The notes: generated from the sequence alone by a model not told the origin. 62,253 bases of DNA, filler included, from Vannella sp. (GCA_023345925.1; 8 parts of 8 records of this genome joined end to end with filler, not necessarily neighbours in it); one strand, 5' to 3'. Positions 46,411 through 59,946 are shown, numbered from the whole stretch's first letter. Translations and numbers: made by a program.

Positions 46411-49217
46411 ATGAGCGGGAAGCGGAGCGCGCTGAAGCGGGGAGAACCGCCGAGGAAGCGCGCCAAACAGGACGAGAGTGAGAGTGAGAAGGAGTCTGAG
46501 AGTGAGGGGAGTGAGAGGGTGGAGGATTGGGCCACCTTGACGGTCAAGGTGCTGCGGGAACACTGCCGCCGTCTCGGTTTGTCGACTTCTGGGCTGAAAC
46601 GCGAGCTTGTAGAGCGACTGGGTCGTTACAGTGGTACGAAAGAGTCTGATGGAGAAGACACGTCACTAGAGGAGGCTTCAGAGGCCTCCGATAACGAGCT
46701 TCACCTTCGCTTGAGCGAGGAAGACTCGGATAGTCTTCTCGTCCTCCTAAGCGACAGTAACTCTGGAGAGGAACACACCACACACTCAAAGGACCATCTA
46801 AACGGAGCTATTGATGAGGAGGAGCTCGCAGAGGCCATGAAAGAGCGGCTAAAGGCGGGCCAAGACGTCCCTTCATGTCCTCACCTCTCCCACGTGCAGC
46901 GGAAGCTTGTCCAGGAGGTGGCATTGAATCCTACGAAGTGGAGGTGTCAAGGTCTGTAGAGCGCCGCCTGCTGAGTCGGTTCTGACCCTTCCTTGGTCTA
47001 GACTGTGGTACAACGGCGAGTGTTTGGGTCTGTTTGACTTGTGGCTTCGTGGGTTGTGGCCGTGTGGTATCAGGACATATGGGAAGACACGCAAAGAGCG
47101 CAGAACACTTCGTAGCGATCGAAGTGAACACCACAGATGCCTTTTGGTGAGCGATTTGGTCTTTTGGAGGACCTGATCCTCATTCATGCGGGCCAGCTAT
47201 GGTTGCAACGACTCTGTGGGGAATGACAACGAAGGAGATGACTTGGGAAAGTTACGAGAGTGCTTAACGGTCCTGGCCTCGCACAATCTCTCTTCTGCTC
47301 AGGACTCTGAGGACGAGAAGAGCAGTGTTGAGGCTGAAACAGTCCACCCTCGGAGGAGACTTCAACGAAGAGCATCCCAGTTTATCATGCGGCCCAAGGA
47401 GTAAGGCATTCGAGCAGAGAGTTGGGAGACTTATTGTGAGCAGGCACGACTTGGAAGACTGTTTAGCCACTTCGCAAAAGCATTATCGCAACAACCTTCT
47501 CTCCCAAGCCTTTGAGCAATGGAAGAGAATGGTAGACCATCGCCGCCTCTCTTTATTAACCTCATTTGATAGCACCAGCTCGGAGGAAGAAGATTCCCCC
47601 TTTTTAGTTCCAGTTCAGGTCCCTTCTCGTATCTCAAAAGCTCCTTCTATAGAGCGAAAACTCCCTTTGTTATGGGGTTCTCGAACAACGCCCTTAGAGT
47701 TGCCCAAACCGGCAGAAATGTCGACAGAGTCTGAGTCGGACTCCTCGCAGAGTTTCCGCGCCCCACTCTCTGGGTCAAAGAGACGTCTCAGAACGATTTC
47801 TCTTTCTGAATCAGAAAGTCCCTCTTTAGATGCTCCAATGGAAGCCAAAAAGGACTCTTTTACCACCCCCACCCTGCCAACGTCCCTCTCCCAATTACGA
47901 ACCCCCCGGCTTTCAGTAGGACTCTCTACCCTTGATATTCAACAGTAGCTCATGATGAATTCAGGGCCTCCTTCAATCTCCAAGATCCGTCCTTCTCACC
48001 CCAGGACAGACTGGATTGAGGTGGGTGCAGATATGGGACTCTAACGACACCTTTTGTTCATTTCCTCTTCACAGGAACCTCGGCAACTCCTGCTTTCTGA
48101 ATGCAGTCATTCAGGCACTCAGTAGCTTGGTGGAACTTCGCAACTATCTGATAACAGACTTGTTGCCTCAGGGAAGCGCTGTCCCCTTGGGAAACCGTTT
48201 GGTCACTCGAACAGACACGCTAGACTGTTTTGAACTGGTGAGAAACAAGGACATCATGCGGAGTCTCCAGGCCAAAGAAATGTGAGAAAGGAGAGCTGGA
48301 AAGAGTCTTGGAGGAAGTCTGAAACTGATTCTCGGTTCTAGATCCGTTTGTTTGGAGCTTCATCGCCTCTTTCGAGTCATTTGGAGTGGCAAGAACGCTG
48401 TCATTACACCATACTCTCTCTTCTTTGCTATCTGGAAGCTTCTCCCAGACTTTAGCAACTACAAACAGCAAGTAAGAGCTCACCAAGTCACTCTGGACTG
48501 TCTCCTTACCTCTGTTGGCAGGATGCCGAAGAGCTCCTCAGCTTTCTACTGGAACGAATGGATGAAGAGCTCACAGAAGCTATCAAGCCTTCCCGAGGCC
48601 GCCGAGCTCTGTCACCAACCATCATCGATACCCTCTGCCGCGGTACCTTGACAAGCAGCATCTCTTGCTCTCTCTGCGGATTCAAAAGCAGTCGCGAAGA
48701 GCGCTTCCGAGAGTTAACGCTGAACATTCCTCCTTCCCAAGTCACAACTTCTCGCCCTCAGCGAAACTCGAAAAGCAAAGCGCCAATGTCCTCTGTCCCA
48801 GACCTCATTCGACACTTCTTCTGCCCTGAACCGCTCTCTGGCTATCGCTGCGAAGGCTGCAAGCGAGCAGACAAGTGCCAAAAGGAGGTTTCTATCACAG
48901 CAGCTCCCAAGCTTCTCTGTTTGGTGGTGAATCGGTTCTTCTGGAGCAGTCGGGGCCGAGCGAAAATCAACACAATAGTCACTTATCCACTCACTCTGGC
49001 TATTCCTCATTGCCAGAGCGAGTTTAAGCTGAAGAGCGCTGTTCTTCATCATGGCTACTCGCTCAATTCCGGACATTATACAGCACTCACCTATAACGAC
49101 ATGAAGGAGCAGTGGTTCCACTGTAATGACAATACCGTACAACCGATTACTACCGAAGCAGTTCTGAAGAAGGCAGATAACAGCGCGTACATTCTCTTCT
49201 ACTTTCGTGAGGACTGA
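46411..49217 (+). CDS. SAP domain + ZnF-UBP + USP deubiquitinase (USP3/44/49-like), multi-exon
   Basis: LTVKVLREHCRRLGLSTSGLKRELVERL (SAP); CPHL..WVCLTCGFVGCGR (UBP finger); GL|RNLGNSCFLNAVIQAL, QQ|DAEE, HHG..SGHY and WFHCND. Confidence 0.88.
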
Positions 49218-49235
49218 TAAACAGAGCCCTTTCCT

Positions 49236-50861
49236 TCAAAGGAACTCCAATCGATTTGTCATGAGCGAGCGGGGCGGGTGCAGAATGACTTGCAGGAACA
49301 CACCTTGCTCTCTGGCTGCTCGGACAACGCTGTGATTAGAAGTAGCCGTTGCTATGCTTGGGATTGCATCTCCACGACCAAAGACAACGCGAGGGAGCTC
49401 TTTCATGGTCTTACTGGCTGGCAAGACAATGATGCGGTCTGTCTTCAAGTGGTCGTTATGGAACAGAGGGCAGCCCATCTCAGCTTCCCAATCTATCTCC
49501 TCGAAAACGCGCGTGCGTTCCAACAAGTCACATCCACGGACCTTCTCAGAGGCAGAACCAATCTTCAGCAGGATGTGGAGAAAGTGCTCTTTTGCTTCTC
49601 GGGTGACAATTAGCTTCCGATTGAGAATAGCGCTTTGCAGGAAAGGCATGAGAGACTCTTCTACTTCTTCATCCACTTGCGCGGCCACAAACTCCGAGAT
49701 TCTCCTTCTGGTGGGATCCTGTCCGCGCTGTCTATTGCTCCCTGTGAATTGGGCGCAATGCCATCTGGGTATGCCTTACATGTACGCTTGGAGGGCCTTT
49801 GCCTTGCCGTTCGTCATGTCTGTAGTGATAGCCATGAGAGTGGAAGTGTCTAAATTGACATATTCCATTCTACTGTCGAGGAAGGGCAAATGGTACTTGG
49901 ACACCAAATGCTGAGGCAAAGGATAGTGAGGAGGCACAATGAGCCAATAGGAGGCTTCGTAAGGCAAGAACGCATCCCTTTCGAGAATGTCCCGTCCCAA
50001 AGAGGAGCTCGCAGCGGCCAAACGCCCGTCACACGGCCAAGTGACGCCTTCGATTTGCGTGGCGTTCCACTTGGTTCTCATACGATCTGTCACCTCCAAA
50101 GGAACATCCAAAGGAACACAGAGTAAGAGGAGCGGAGGGAACTTCTCGTTGGAACTGGCCTCGAGAAGAGAAGTCACTTTGTCCTTCAGACCGCTCTTGC
50201 ACTCGGCTGATTCACGTCTCCAGTTCATCTGCTCTCCTTTACGCGCAATGATCGACACCCAGAGTCGACCAGCAGAGCAGACGAGATCAACGTTCATCCT
50301 TTGCAGCTTCTCCCTCCGCGCTTGCTTGATGAAAGGCCCTTTACCCCCGGCTGAGTTGAATGGAGGAGGGTGACGCATACTCTCCATAGGGGAGAGCACA
50401 TCGCAGACATCGTGGATGAAAGGGCTGCGAAGGAGGCAAAGGAGCGCGTACAAGTGAGGGAAGTTTGAGCTGGCCAAGCGGGAAGCATTGGCCTCGATGC
50501 TGCCATTCTCCATACGTCGTAGGAAGTTCTCTTCCTTCTGCCATTGAGCGTGCAAGCGCCCTTCCACCGCCACGGGATCTCGGAACTTAGGCAACGCTGT
50601 GGGACCCACTGTCAGGTCCTGGATGACTTGCAGGAGCAGCTGAGCTTGTATCAAACGAGCTTCTAGTGTCTGTATATCTCCCACATCGTCCTCGAAGCTC
50701 CCATCGTCCCCCTCTGACAGGGAGTTCTCTTCCTCTTCTTCCTCCTCTGATCCGCTCTCCCACTCCTCTCCTTGCTGTCGATCCCGTTCCTCATCGCCCC
50801 CACTCGGGTTCCCCACCAACGGGGCGCCCGAGAAGAAGGCCGCGCTCAGATAGGCGCCCAT
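49236..50861 (-). CDS. C7orf25: UPF0415/DUF1308 protein (C7orf25 homolog), spliced
   Basis: SSNFPHL, VDLVCSAGRLWVSIIARK, VNLDTSTLMA..DMTNG, VFGRGD and TSNHSVVRAAREQGV..HPPRSL. Confidence 0.8.
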
Positions 50862-50969
50862 CCCAGTCCACCAAAGAATGGGGCCTCTCTCCCCTCCCTC
50901 CCCATTCCCTCCCTCTCCTCCCCATTCCCTCCCTCTCCTTCACGGCTAAAGAGGAGAACTGTATATTCG

Positions 50970-53228
50970 TCACGCCTTCTCCTTACGCTTTAAGGTGCCG
51001 TTGGCACCCAGACGGGTGTACCGGGCCCGGTCGGTCAACGAACCGCTCTTAATCTTCTTCTTGTGAGGGCGGGGCGGAGTGTCCGGGTCTGTTTCGTCCC
51101 ATTCCTCGGTGTGGCTGTGTTCGGCCAGCACCTCTTCACTAGAAGAGGGTGTCAGACTCAAGTCCAGCTTAGGAACCATCATAAACGGCTTAGTGCGTGG
51201 TCCGGCGTCCGGAAGGGCGCCGGAATAGCCTCCCGAGTTCCTCTTGAACAGCTCGAAAGAGGACAGTTGCTTGATGACGCGGCCATGCGACCGTAAGGAC
51301 ACTTCCTCTGCGGCGATGGGAGGAGATTCAGGACTCTCTGAGCTGTCAGCGTCATTCTCGCTCGCGGCTCGGGTCACTTTGGAGAGATCCATGGTGTGCA
51401 GTCGGTCTCGGACCGCCCGGATGATGCCAATAGAAGGTGCAGCAGAAGTTCGAAGGGAGGAGCTGTTAACTTCGCAGTCTGGCGACGTTGACGTCGTTCG
51501 GGAGCGGTGGCGGGGCGATTGATTCATTGACATTCGCCCTGTCACGCTCTGGCGACGTGAATTTGGAGAAGAAGATGAGGGAGGCAACAGAGATGAGAGT
51601 TCGAGGATGGTTTTGTTCTGCTCGGCCATGCGCTTCTTCATGGCCTTGATGGTAGCTTCCAACTCTTTAATCCGAGCCTCCGCCTCCCTCCGTCGCGTTA
51701 TTTCCCTCGTCAATTGAGTGTCCTCCTTCTTCATAGAGTGATTGTTCTTGATAATAGATCGATGAGTGGCCGATCCATCCCGAGAAGAAGAAGATACATT
51801 GGACCCTTTCAAGCCTGTTGGACTCAAACACCTCTCAAGCACACAAACCCATTTGTCACGTGCTTCTGAAGTGCTGAATTGTGCTTTGAAGATGCCTTTC
51901 GACACCTCCGCCAAGCTAACGCAAAAAAGCTCGTCCCCCTTCGATGACTTTGCGGATTCGTTCGTTGCACAGAGCATTAGGGAGGGTAAGGGGATGATCC
52001 GAGTGACTTGATGGTACTCTCCCTTGCTTTTGGCCAACATGAGGGCGTCAGAGAAGAGGAAAGCGTAATTCCCGTAGGACTGAGGGCGGCAAACTTCAAA
52101 GTCACTTTCAAAGATGAAGCTGCGGCCCTCTACTAAAAGGCTTTGCTTCTTAGGAAGCCTCACTCTCCACTCCATGGAAACCAGCAGCCCAAAGTCCGAG
52201 GAGACGATGGTGTTCTTGTCAATCTCTTCCAGAAGCCCATTCATCGTACTTAACGCGGACTGCATTGGACCCCAGGACTCCTCGCCTGGGTCTAACGTCT
52301 TCAAGTACTCTCTTAGAAGTAATGGGTACTTGCAGATACGCTGCGGGACAGCCGTCAACAAGCTTTGTAGAGTTTGTTGGCGAGCAGCGGGCATGCGAAG
52401 CTGTTCCTGAATCGTTTCGAGTCAGCAATGAATGAGAGATACCTAGAGACTTGTTCTCACCTCCACAAAGTCTGCGAAGCGTGGCCGGTCATGGAGAAGA
52501 GAGGAAAGGCGCTTGGACGAGAGGACGGCCGAATGGCTAGAACAGTACTCCGCAAAGCAAGAAGCGTGAGAGGCGTACTGCTGGAAGAGAGTAGCAAGAG
52601 TACGACATCCGTGGAAGCCAAAAGGGTCTCCGCCCTCACCAGTTGCCGCATTACACTCGAGAGTGAGGATCTGATCGAGGAAGGCCGTTTGTAGCGTGCG
52701 GATCACTGGTAGGTTCGAGAACAAGGCTACGATATCTTCTTCAGGTAGAAGCTTCTTCTCTATCAGTGCCAGGCGGAACATATCGTCCAGCGTGCTAATC
52801 AGACCAACGAACCGCTTCTCCGTGTCCACCAGCTCTGCCACGATCTGCGCGCGCTTCCACATGGGATCGTCTTTAGAGGATCCTGATAGGTCTCCTTGGG
52901 GGTGGTTAGAACGTGCTGGGGATCCACGGTGGCCGTTGGGAAGGTCTTGCAAGTGCGCGGGAGTGGAGAGGAGGTCTCCTCGTTCCTCAGGATCGCGTGG
53001 CTCTGGTTCCTCACTTGCTTCATCTTCTGAAGATTGAAACTCTATGAGCGGGGCTTCGGGGAGGTAGACAGACGCTCGCTTTGAGCGGACGGGAAGAGCC
53101 AACATCAAGGACAAGTCGTCCTTACTCGCCCTTCGGCTCTCCGTTCCCCCTTCCACTTGCGCCCGAGTCCGCACTAGCGGTCGAATTGAAGCCGCAGCTG
53201 AAGGCGCCCTCAACCGTGAAGGGGGCAT
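50970..53228 (-). CDS. RhoGEF (DH-PH) protein, spliced
   Basis: RAQIVAELVDTEKRFV, LFSNL, LLTAVPQRICKYPLLLREYLK, PH motif FLFSDALM, then a coiled coil. Confidence 0.9.
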
Positions 53229-53710
53229 CAGACAAGTGTTCCCCGCCTCCTTTCCAAATATAGATTCCTGAGGAATGTTTTACTTTTCGTTGAAACGGCT
53301 CGATCATCTCAGATCCTTTACTGAATCGGCAGTTTTTGCCTGATTGGCCCCCAATTAGTCTCGCCATGGGTGTACCGACACGGAAGAGTGGACCTACGCA
53401 AACACATTCCAATCCAGCATCAGCAAGGAAAGAGGGATGCTTGGTCGAAGAGTCATTTGAACGCCAGTTCAACTAAGGAGCTTCCAGACTCCTGGATCGA
53501 TCATTAACAAGGATTTTGCGATCATTGGAAGCCTGAAGATATCTGCGGCGTCTAACAGCGCTCTCTCTTCCTCTGCTTCAAGGAGGAAGCTTCAAAAGGT
53601 CGTTATGCAGAAGAGCAAAGGAGTGAATAACTGAGAATTAGAAAGGCCGAAGCAAGCGCTGAACCAGTGGAATCGAACAGGAACATTCAATTCACCTCAA
53701 TACACTTTGT

Positions 53711-54313
53711 TCAGAAGCGGGCGCTTTTCTGTCGGACAGGCCGAGAGAGAGCAGGCTGGACAGGGCACTTTGTAGGCGATACATGCTTGAAGAAGTTTGG
53801 GAGCCCAAGTTGTCCTCTTAAGTTATGCCCAAAGACCAACAGTCCACCATCTGCTGGGAAGGCCAGAGAATGGTATCCCCCCGCAACCAAGGTACTCATT
53901 CCTCCAAGTGAATCCACAAGAACAGGATGAGAATGACTGGAAACGTGGCCCGTGCCCAATTGGCCACACCAACCCTGTCCCCAGACCCAAACGCCGCTTT
54001 CTTCGTCTTGAGAAAGAGCGTGCAAGTATCCACACGTCACTTCCAGCATAGGAGGGATGCCCTCTATCCGTTGGAACTCGTGAGCAGGACCACTGCGTCC
54101 TAGTTGGTGGTCTGAGTTATTGCCAGCAGTAAAGAGCCTTCCAAGGGAGTCGACCAGAACAGTGGCACAGGAAAAGGCAGAGAGGCAACGGAGCGGGCCT
54201 TCAGAACGTCCTTCCACATGAATGAGCTCTGGTTGATGAGTGGCACGAGAGTGGCCGAGGCCCAGTTGCCCTTGAGAGTTGTCGCCCAACACCCAGAGGC
54301 CTTCTTCCGCTTC
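53711..54313 (-). CDS. RCC1-repeat protein, 5'-truncated
   Basis: GDNSQGQLGLGH, CGYLHAL, GQLGTG and AGGYHSL repeats. Confidence 0.9.
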   Translation of the reverse strand, partial: EAEEGLWVLGDNSQGQLGLGHSRATHQPELIHVEGRSEGPLRCLSAFSCATVLVDSLGRLFTAGNNSDHQLGRSGPAHEFQRIEGIPPMLEVTCGYLHALSQDEESGVWVWGQGWCGQLGTGHVSSHSHPVLVDSLGGMSTLVAGGYHSLAFPADGGLLVFGHNLRGQLGLPNFFKHVSPTKCPVQPALSRPVRQKSARF

Positions 54314-54634
54314 NNNNNNNNNNNNNNNNNNNNNNNNNNNNNNNNNNNNNNNNNNNNTTAATTAATTAANNNNNNNNNNNNNNNNNNNNNNNNNNNNNNN
54401 NNNNNNNNNNNNNAGCTTGACTCGATCCCGCCCTTGCACTATGGCTGGGGCCTTGACATGAACATCTTCGGATGTCTCGGCAGCGAAATTTATGACGGCG
54501 GTGGGAAAGCGATTATTCGCTGCCCACCAACCCCCTTCTTTTTCCTTCCTTCTTTGCACTTTTCTACTTTTTGAATCAACATCCAGAACTCCTTCTTGTT
54601 TGCTTGGGAATGAAGGAATTCATTTGCTTGAATC

Positions 54635-56184
54635 ATGGAGGGGGAGGCTTCCATCAGCTCCTCCCTCCGTCATTTGGTTGATCGTCTGGAAGAAGAAGAG
54701 AGTAGCTGGGTGACGCAAGGTGTGTTGGTTGATTCAGAGTGAAAGGAGGACTCATCGAAGCGGAAGGCTTGCCAGGGGTCGCACGGGAAACCCGATGGAT
54801 TCCTCCCCTGGAAGAGTACCTTGGAGCACCAGTTACTCCTAAAGAGAGTACATACACAATAGATAAGAGCGAGGATCCGATTCCACTTCCGTTGGAGCGT
54901 TCCATCCCCATAGGGAGTGTAGTGGAGGGTACGGTCAAGAGCAACACCAAGTACGGCTGTGTGGCAGAGATGAGTAGCCTCCTCTATACCTCTACCAAGT
55001 ATAGTGTACTTGATGGCTTGGAAAGACGGGGCTTTCCTTCAGAAGAAACAAAAGCCGCTGATTCCAGCTCTGCAAGCGCTTTAGAGGAATGCCAGGCCCG
55101 CCTTGCCCAGGGCGCGAAGGTCAATGGCGAGTGTTTACTAAGAGACTACTCAGGCATCTCCGAGTCCTCCATCAAGGTGGGAACAACCATCATCGGTAAG
55201 GCTCATACCAGATGGATCTCAGAAGAGTCTAACAGGATCGACTACTTCAGCTTTAGTGATTGGGAGGAGCGCTAATATGCTTCTTCTCTCTTTTCGGGAG
55301 TCGTTGCTCCCTCGACACTGCTTGGTCCGATTAGGACCAAAACAGTATTCCGATAGAATGTCACTTCCGAAGAGGCAAAGCACTCTGACCGAGGACATCC
55401 GACGTTCCTCCTACTTTAAAGACCCCCACCAAGTCAGTTTGCTTATGGATGCGTTTCAAATTGAGCCATCTCTCTATTTACAAGCTTCAAGCTTCCAATG
55501 CCCCTCATTTACCGAATTGCGCCTCTCCCAATCACGCCTTTATGCCTCTCAAACGCAAGTTCTCTCTCCTCTAAGCCACCCATTCTCACAAAGGCGTCTA
55601 GAATCAAGTCAGGAGTCGAAAACGCATCCAAAGGGAACTACGCCGAAGCTATCCGATGCTACGATGAGGCTCTGGGAATCGAGCCAAGGAACATAGACGC
55701 CATGGTTGCCCGTGGAGCAGCTCTGGCTAACTTAAAGCAATACGAAGCAGCTATCGGACAATTAGAGGCCTCTCTAAAGCTCGCCCCGAATCACACAAAC
55801 GCCAAAAAGTACCTCCTCATGATCGAACAGAAGATAGAAGCAGACCGAAAGGCTCTGCGCCCTTCCCACGCCCTCGAACAGAAGAAAGTTCTTCCAACGC
55901 ACTCCACAACAAGCCAAACAGACCATTTGATGCACGCCTTGGAGGAGGCAGTCCATAGCAAGGCTAGAAGATCTAGCAAGTCTCAAAAGGGCTCGAAATC
56001 GAAGCGGGTGAAGAGGTCAAGTGATATCGAGTCCAGACACTCCGAGCCCCGAGGGCGGACACCAGACAGAGGCAAGAGCTCCGTTCGGGATAGAACGCTC
56101 AGTCGTGACTCTGAGCGTAAACGGCGTTTCAGTTCACACGCAGCAACGCCTCCGCCCAAGCGCACCAAACAACCGAGTCCCTGA
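54635..56184 (+). CDS. TTC14: TTC14-like protein (S1-like domain + TPR + basic tail), spliced
   Basis: IGSVVEGTVKS (S1-like), then TPRs AIRCYDEALGIEPRNIDAMVARGA...NHTNAKKYL, then an RS-rich tail; start uncertain. Confidence 0.7.
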
Positions 56185-56287
56185 CGACCTCCTCAGCCGC
56201 TTTCCGCTTGTACTTGTCCCTGAGAAGGGATTGGACTCCTCTGAGAGTGCAGAGAAGCAAAATAGATGGATTTGAGTCATTTGTATC

Positions 56288-57350
56288 ATGTTGGGGCTGA
56301 GGAGAGGGGCTGCTACCTTTAGGAGGCAGATTTCGGGAAGCCCACAGCTTCTTGCAACCGATAGGAAGGCAATCTTTGATAGAGAACTCAAATGGAAGCA
56401 AAAGGAACAGCTAGCGAGGATCCCAGGCCATCAAGATTACCAATACCTTCACAGTGAGGTTGCCTCGCGCCTTTTGGACCGACTTGTGGACATTAAGATG
56501 GATTCCTTCTCGAAGATCGTTGACTTGGGATCCCATCTTTCAACAGAGCATCTATCTAGCCTACAGCAGCGCACCCCCAACAAGATCCTCCAGCTCTCCC
56601 CTTGTTGTAGGTTCCTTCTTCATCCCCCCCTGGCCCTCTCCTCACCAAGTGCTCTCCAGATGAGCGCCTCAAAGCTTTGAATGTTCCTGAAGAGAGCGTA
56701 CAGCAGGTGGTCGCTGACGAAGAGTATATTCCCCTCCAAAAGCACTCAGTTGATCTTATTGTGAGTAACTTGGCCCTCCATTGGGTCAACGACCTTCCAG
56801 GTTGCTTTATACAAGCAGCCAACTCACTTAAACCCAACGGAATGCTCCTCGCCTCCATGTTTGGAGGAGAAACCTTGAAAGAGCTTCGCGATTCCTTCGC
56901 TGTTGCAGAGCTGGAACGGGAATCAGGCATGAGTCACCACGTTTCTCCCTTTGCTAGAGTCACGGATGTGGGGAACCTACTCTCCGGTGCTGGATTCCGC
57001 CTCCCAACGAGTAAGAGTCTCCAAGTCACTATATCGATCCGAGTTAACCGCCCCCAGTTGACACAGAGACCATTGTTATCCGATATCCTTCAGCCTGGAT
57101 GCTTATGCAAGAGCTGGGGATGATGGGAGAGTCCAATGCCACTTTCCTACGAAGAGAACGAACACCATTTGACACACTCTTGGCCACCGCCGCTTACTAC
57201 CAGGAGAACTTCCAGCTCGAAGACGGCACCATCCCAGCTACCTTTGAGGTGATCTATACTATCGGTTGGGCACCCCACGAATCACAACAGAAGAGCAAAG
57301 CTCGCGGGTCTGCCGTCAAGTCCATTGGAGAAGGTGTCGACGACCTTTGA
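56288..57350 (+). CDS. NDUFAF5: Complex I assembly factor NDUFAF5 (methyltransferase fold), spliced
   Basis: IFDRELK, DEEYIP, LHWVNDLPG, GGETLKELR, HVSPF, MGESNA and IPATFEVIY.IGW.P. Confidence 0.93.
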
Positions 57351-57445
57351 AACCCCTCCAAACTGAGCTGGACCTGGCTCAAACAACTAATTATAATAAA
57401 CTGAACACATTGGAAAGGGTTTTATGATACTTGGACCATTCCTTG

Positions 57446-57979
57446 ATGGCCTGCCCTGAGTTGACCTTCGCGGCGGAGTTCTGGATCTCGACGCTGGACA
57501 GCCGAGTATCGCCATTACAAAAGGAAGCCTTCCGGCTGGAGCTCCAGAGCTTGATGAGTGCCAAGTTCCGTGATCATTGGTACGAGGGGAACCCAGGGCG
57601 AGGGCAAAGTCTCCGCGTGATGGTCTGCAATCCTTCGGAGGGGGTGATCGATCCCATGCTTGTTGCTGCTGGGACGAAGGCTAACTTTGACTTCTTCACT
57701 CACTTCAAAGAGAAGACAGGAGCGACCTTATGGGTGGACCCTGGAGAAGTCGAAGCAGAGCCCTACAACTCTCCCCAATTGCGTAAACAGATCTACCCTG
57801 AGCCTCGCCAGGTCCAGATGGCTCCCTACGCCTACGACAATGCCAATCCTTCCTACTTTGATCAGTACGGGGATCAGCACCTTCCCTACCTGCCCTATCC
57901 AGAGGAGCACTACTCTTCTGGATCACAGGGACTCTACAACTACTCGTACAACTACAACGGACCAGACTATGGGCTGTGA
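57446..57979 (+). CDS. BTG/Tob family protein
   Basis: KFRDHWYEGNPGRGQSLR (box A), TLWVDPGEV (box B) and a Tyr/Pro-rich tail. Confidence 0.88.
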   Translation: MACPELTFAAEFWISTLDSRVSPLQKEAFRLELQSLMSAKFRDHWYEGNPGRGQSLRVMVCNPSEGVIDPMLVAAGTKANFDFFTHFKEKTGATLWVDPGEVEAEPYNSPQLRKQIYPEPRQVQMAPYAYDNANPSYFDQYGDQHLPYLPYPEEHYSSGSQGLYNYSYNYNGPDYGL

Positions 57980-58111
57980 TGGAGGGAGGATGGCCCATCT
58001 CCATTGGAGCTGGCTGGGGCACCTTTGAAGTGGCCTTGTGGATAAATGTGACGTTGAAGTGAAGGAAATAAGTGTGGACTCTCACTCATTCGCTTGGGAG
58101 AGGGTGGGGCG

Positions 58112-59022
58112 ATGGATCACCTCGGCGAAGATCTCCTCTCTCGTGTTGAGGCTTGTTTGGTGGAGTTAGACACTCTGACAAGGCGTGTCGAGCTCTTGGA
58201 GGAGGGTTCTGCTTCTCTGGGTGACTCAGAAACTGTTCGAAGGGTGCTGGAGGACTGCCAAGCGCTTGGTCTGACTTCTTCCCGGCTCAAGCGAGTCCCC
58301 AGCGACTATTACTCGCATTCTCTGGAGCAAAGAAGGTATGCTGGTGTACAAAACTTGCAATACAGCCCTAAAAGAGGGAGTAGAGGCTATCTAGGAGCTC
58401 CTTCGATCCATCATCTGTGCAAGTCAATCCTCCTTGAGGTGAGTCCTCGCCTTGAACCCCAACCAGACTCTCAAACACCGAGTAAGAACACAGCTTGTAC
58501 CCAGAAAGACTGTTCAGATCCATCGAACTCCCGGTAAGGAGGACTGATCAAAAGAAGGTCCCATCTGACAATGCTCCAGATACTACATAGGTGCGACCCT
58601 TTGAGAGATCTCCAGGACACTGTTAATAGATGTGGGCAAGCTATCATCCAGTACACAGCGAAGCTGCACAGCCACAAGGTGTTCGGTCATGTGCGGTCTC
58701 TCAAAGAGCTCCCCCGCAAGAAGTACCACTTCCGCTTGGCTGATGAACAGGTACAACCATGAATCGACCATTGTAGACTGCTCTAACGCACCACCACTCG
58801 CAGGAATCAGCAGAACTCAGCGGATTTGAGCATAACGCGATGAGCCCTGTTGGATTGAAGGAGAAGGACATTCCCATCCTTCTTGACGAGAAGATAACAA
58901 AGCTCCACCCATCGTTCTTCTGGGTGGGAGGAGGAGAGGTCGATCTGAAGCTAGGATTCTCCATTTCCCAGTTCCTAGAGAAGGTGCCCCTCGTTCAAGT
59001 GGCTGACATCACCCACTCTTGA
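58112..59022 (+). CDS. YbaK/aminoacyl-tRNA editing domain protein, multi-exon
   Basis: RVPSDYY, HLCKSILLE, IIQY, FRLA, SGFEHNAMSPVG and FWVGGGEVDLKL. Confidence 0.8.
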
Positions 59023-59042
59023 GTGTACATGAACATGAGCTC

Positions 59043-59879
59043 TTATTTGTCCAACTGGAACTCTGATATGACGTCTGACCGTTCAATAGCATCGTTAGAA
59101 CCTGAATAGGCCACTCCCACCAACCGTGGGACGAAGCTGATTGACGGGAAGTTCAGCTGAGACACTGTATACTGCATAGCCTCACTTGTATCGTACCCCA
59201 CTGTCACTCTGCTTCATGTGAGACGCAAACAAAGCGCTGCGAAGGCGTTTCTTACCCCGCACGGAAGGCTTTGTTCACGAAGGGGTACCCAAAGTTCGTG
59301 AAGGAGTCTGTCATTTGTTGGCGGTCCTCTACGTCAGGGTCCTCGAGGATCCAACGAGGAATGGGCTGGTCCTTGCTCCGGAACTCGTTGAGAGCGAGAG
59401 CGAGAGCGGTGTTGATGTTAATGAGGCAGTCGTTGTGTTGTACAGTCCATTCGATGAAGTCTCCAAAGCTCTTTCCTCCTTCTAGTACTGTGGTGCAAGG
59501 GCGGAGGTTGGCAATGGTGTCTCTAGCCCTGTTCCCCTCGGTCTTGAGACAAAGTTCTTCCTTCCTGAGTGGTCTGCCTACCTGCGGGTTACCACCGTAG
59601 CTACAAGAGAAGTAAACGTGGACTGGTACAGTGTGATATGAGGCAGATGACCAGAGTAGAAGCGTATCTGGTTCCGTGGAAGGCTGCTTGTCACATTCAG
59701 GTTCAACTCCACCGCCCTCGCTACAACCCGCTCATCCAGCACCAGATAGAAGCTCATCACCACAGGCTTACCCTACGCCATCATCTAAGCACTCCCACAC
59801 CTCCCACCACACCCACACTCACATCGCCCACCACCAAAGTCGCCAACGCCACCGCCAACAAGAACACCAAAGCGCGCAT
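59043..59879 (-). CDS. Secreted 2H-phosphoesterase-like protein (3 introns)
   Basis: Signal peptide MRALVFLLAVALATLVVG; PHITLYQ motif; IPRWI...FGYPFV..FRAG|VTVG at the second motif position. Confidence 0.6.
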
Positions 59880-59946
59880 AGTAAAGAATGAAAGCTTGGT
59901 AACCTTGGGTGCGAAGCTGGGACTCACCAATCCACGCATTTCAAAG

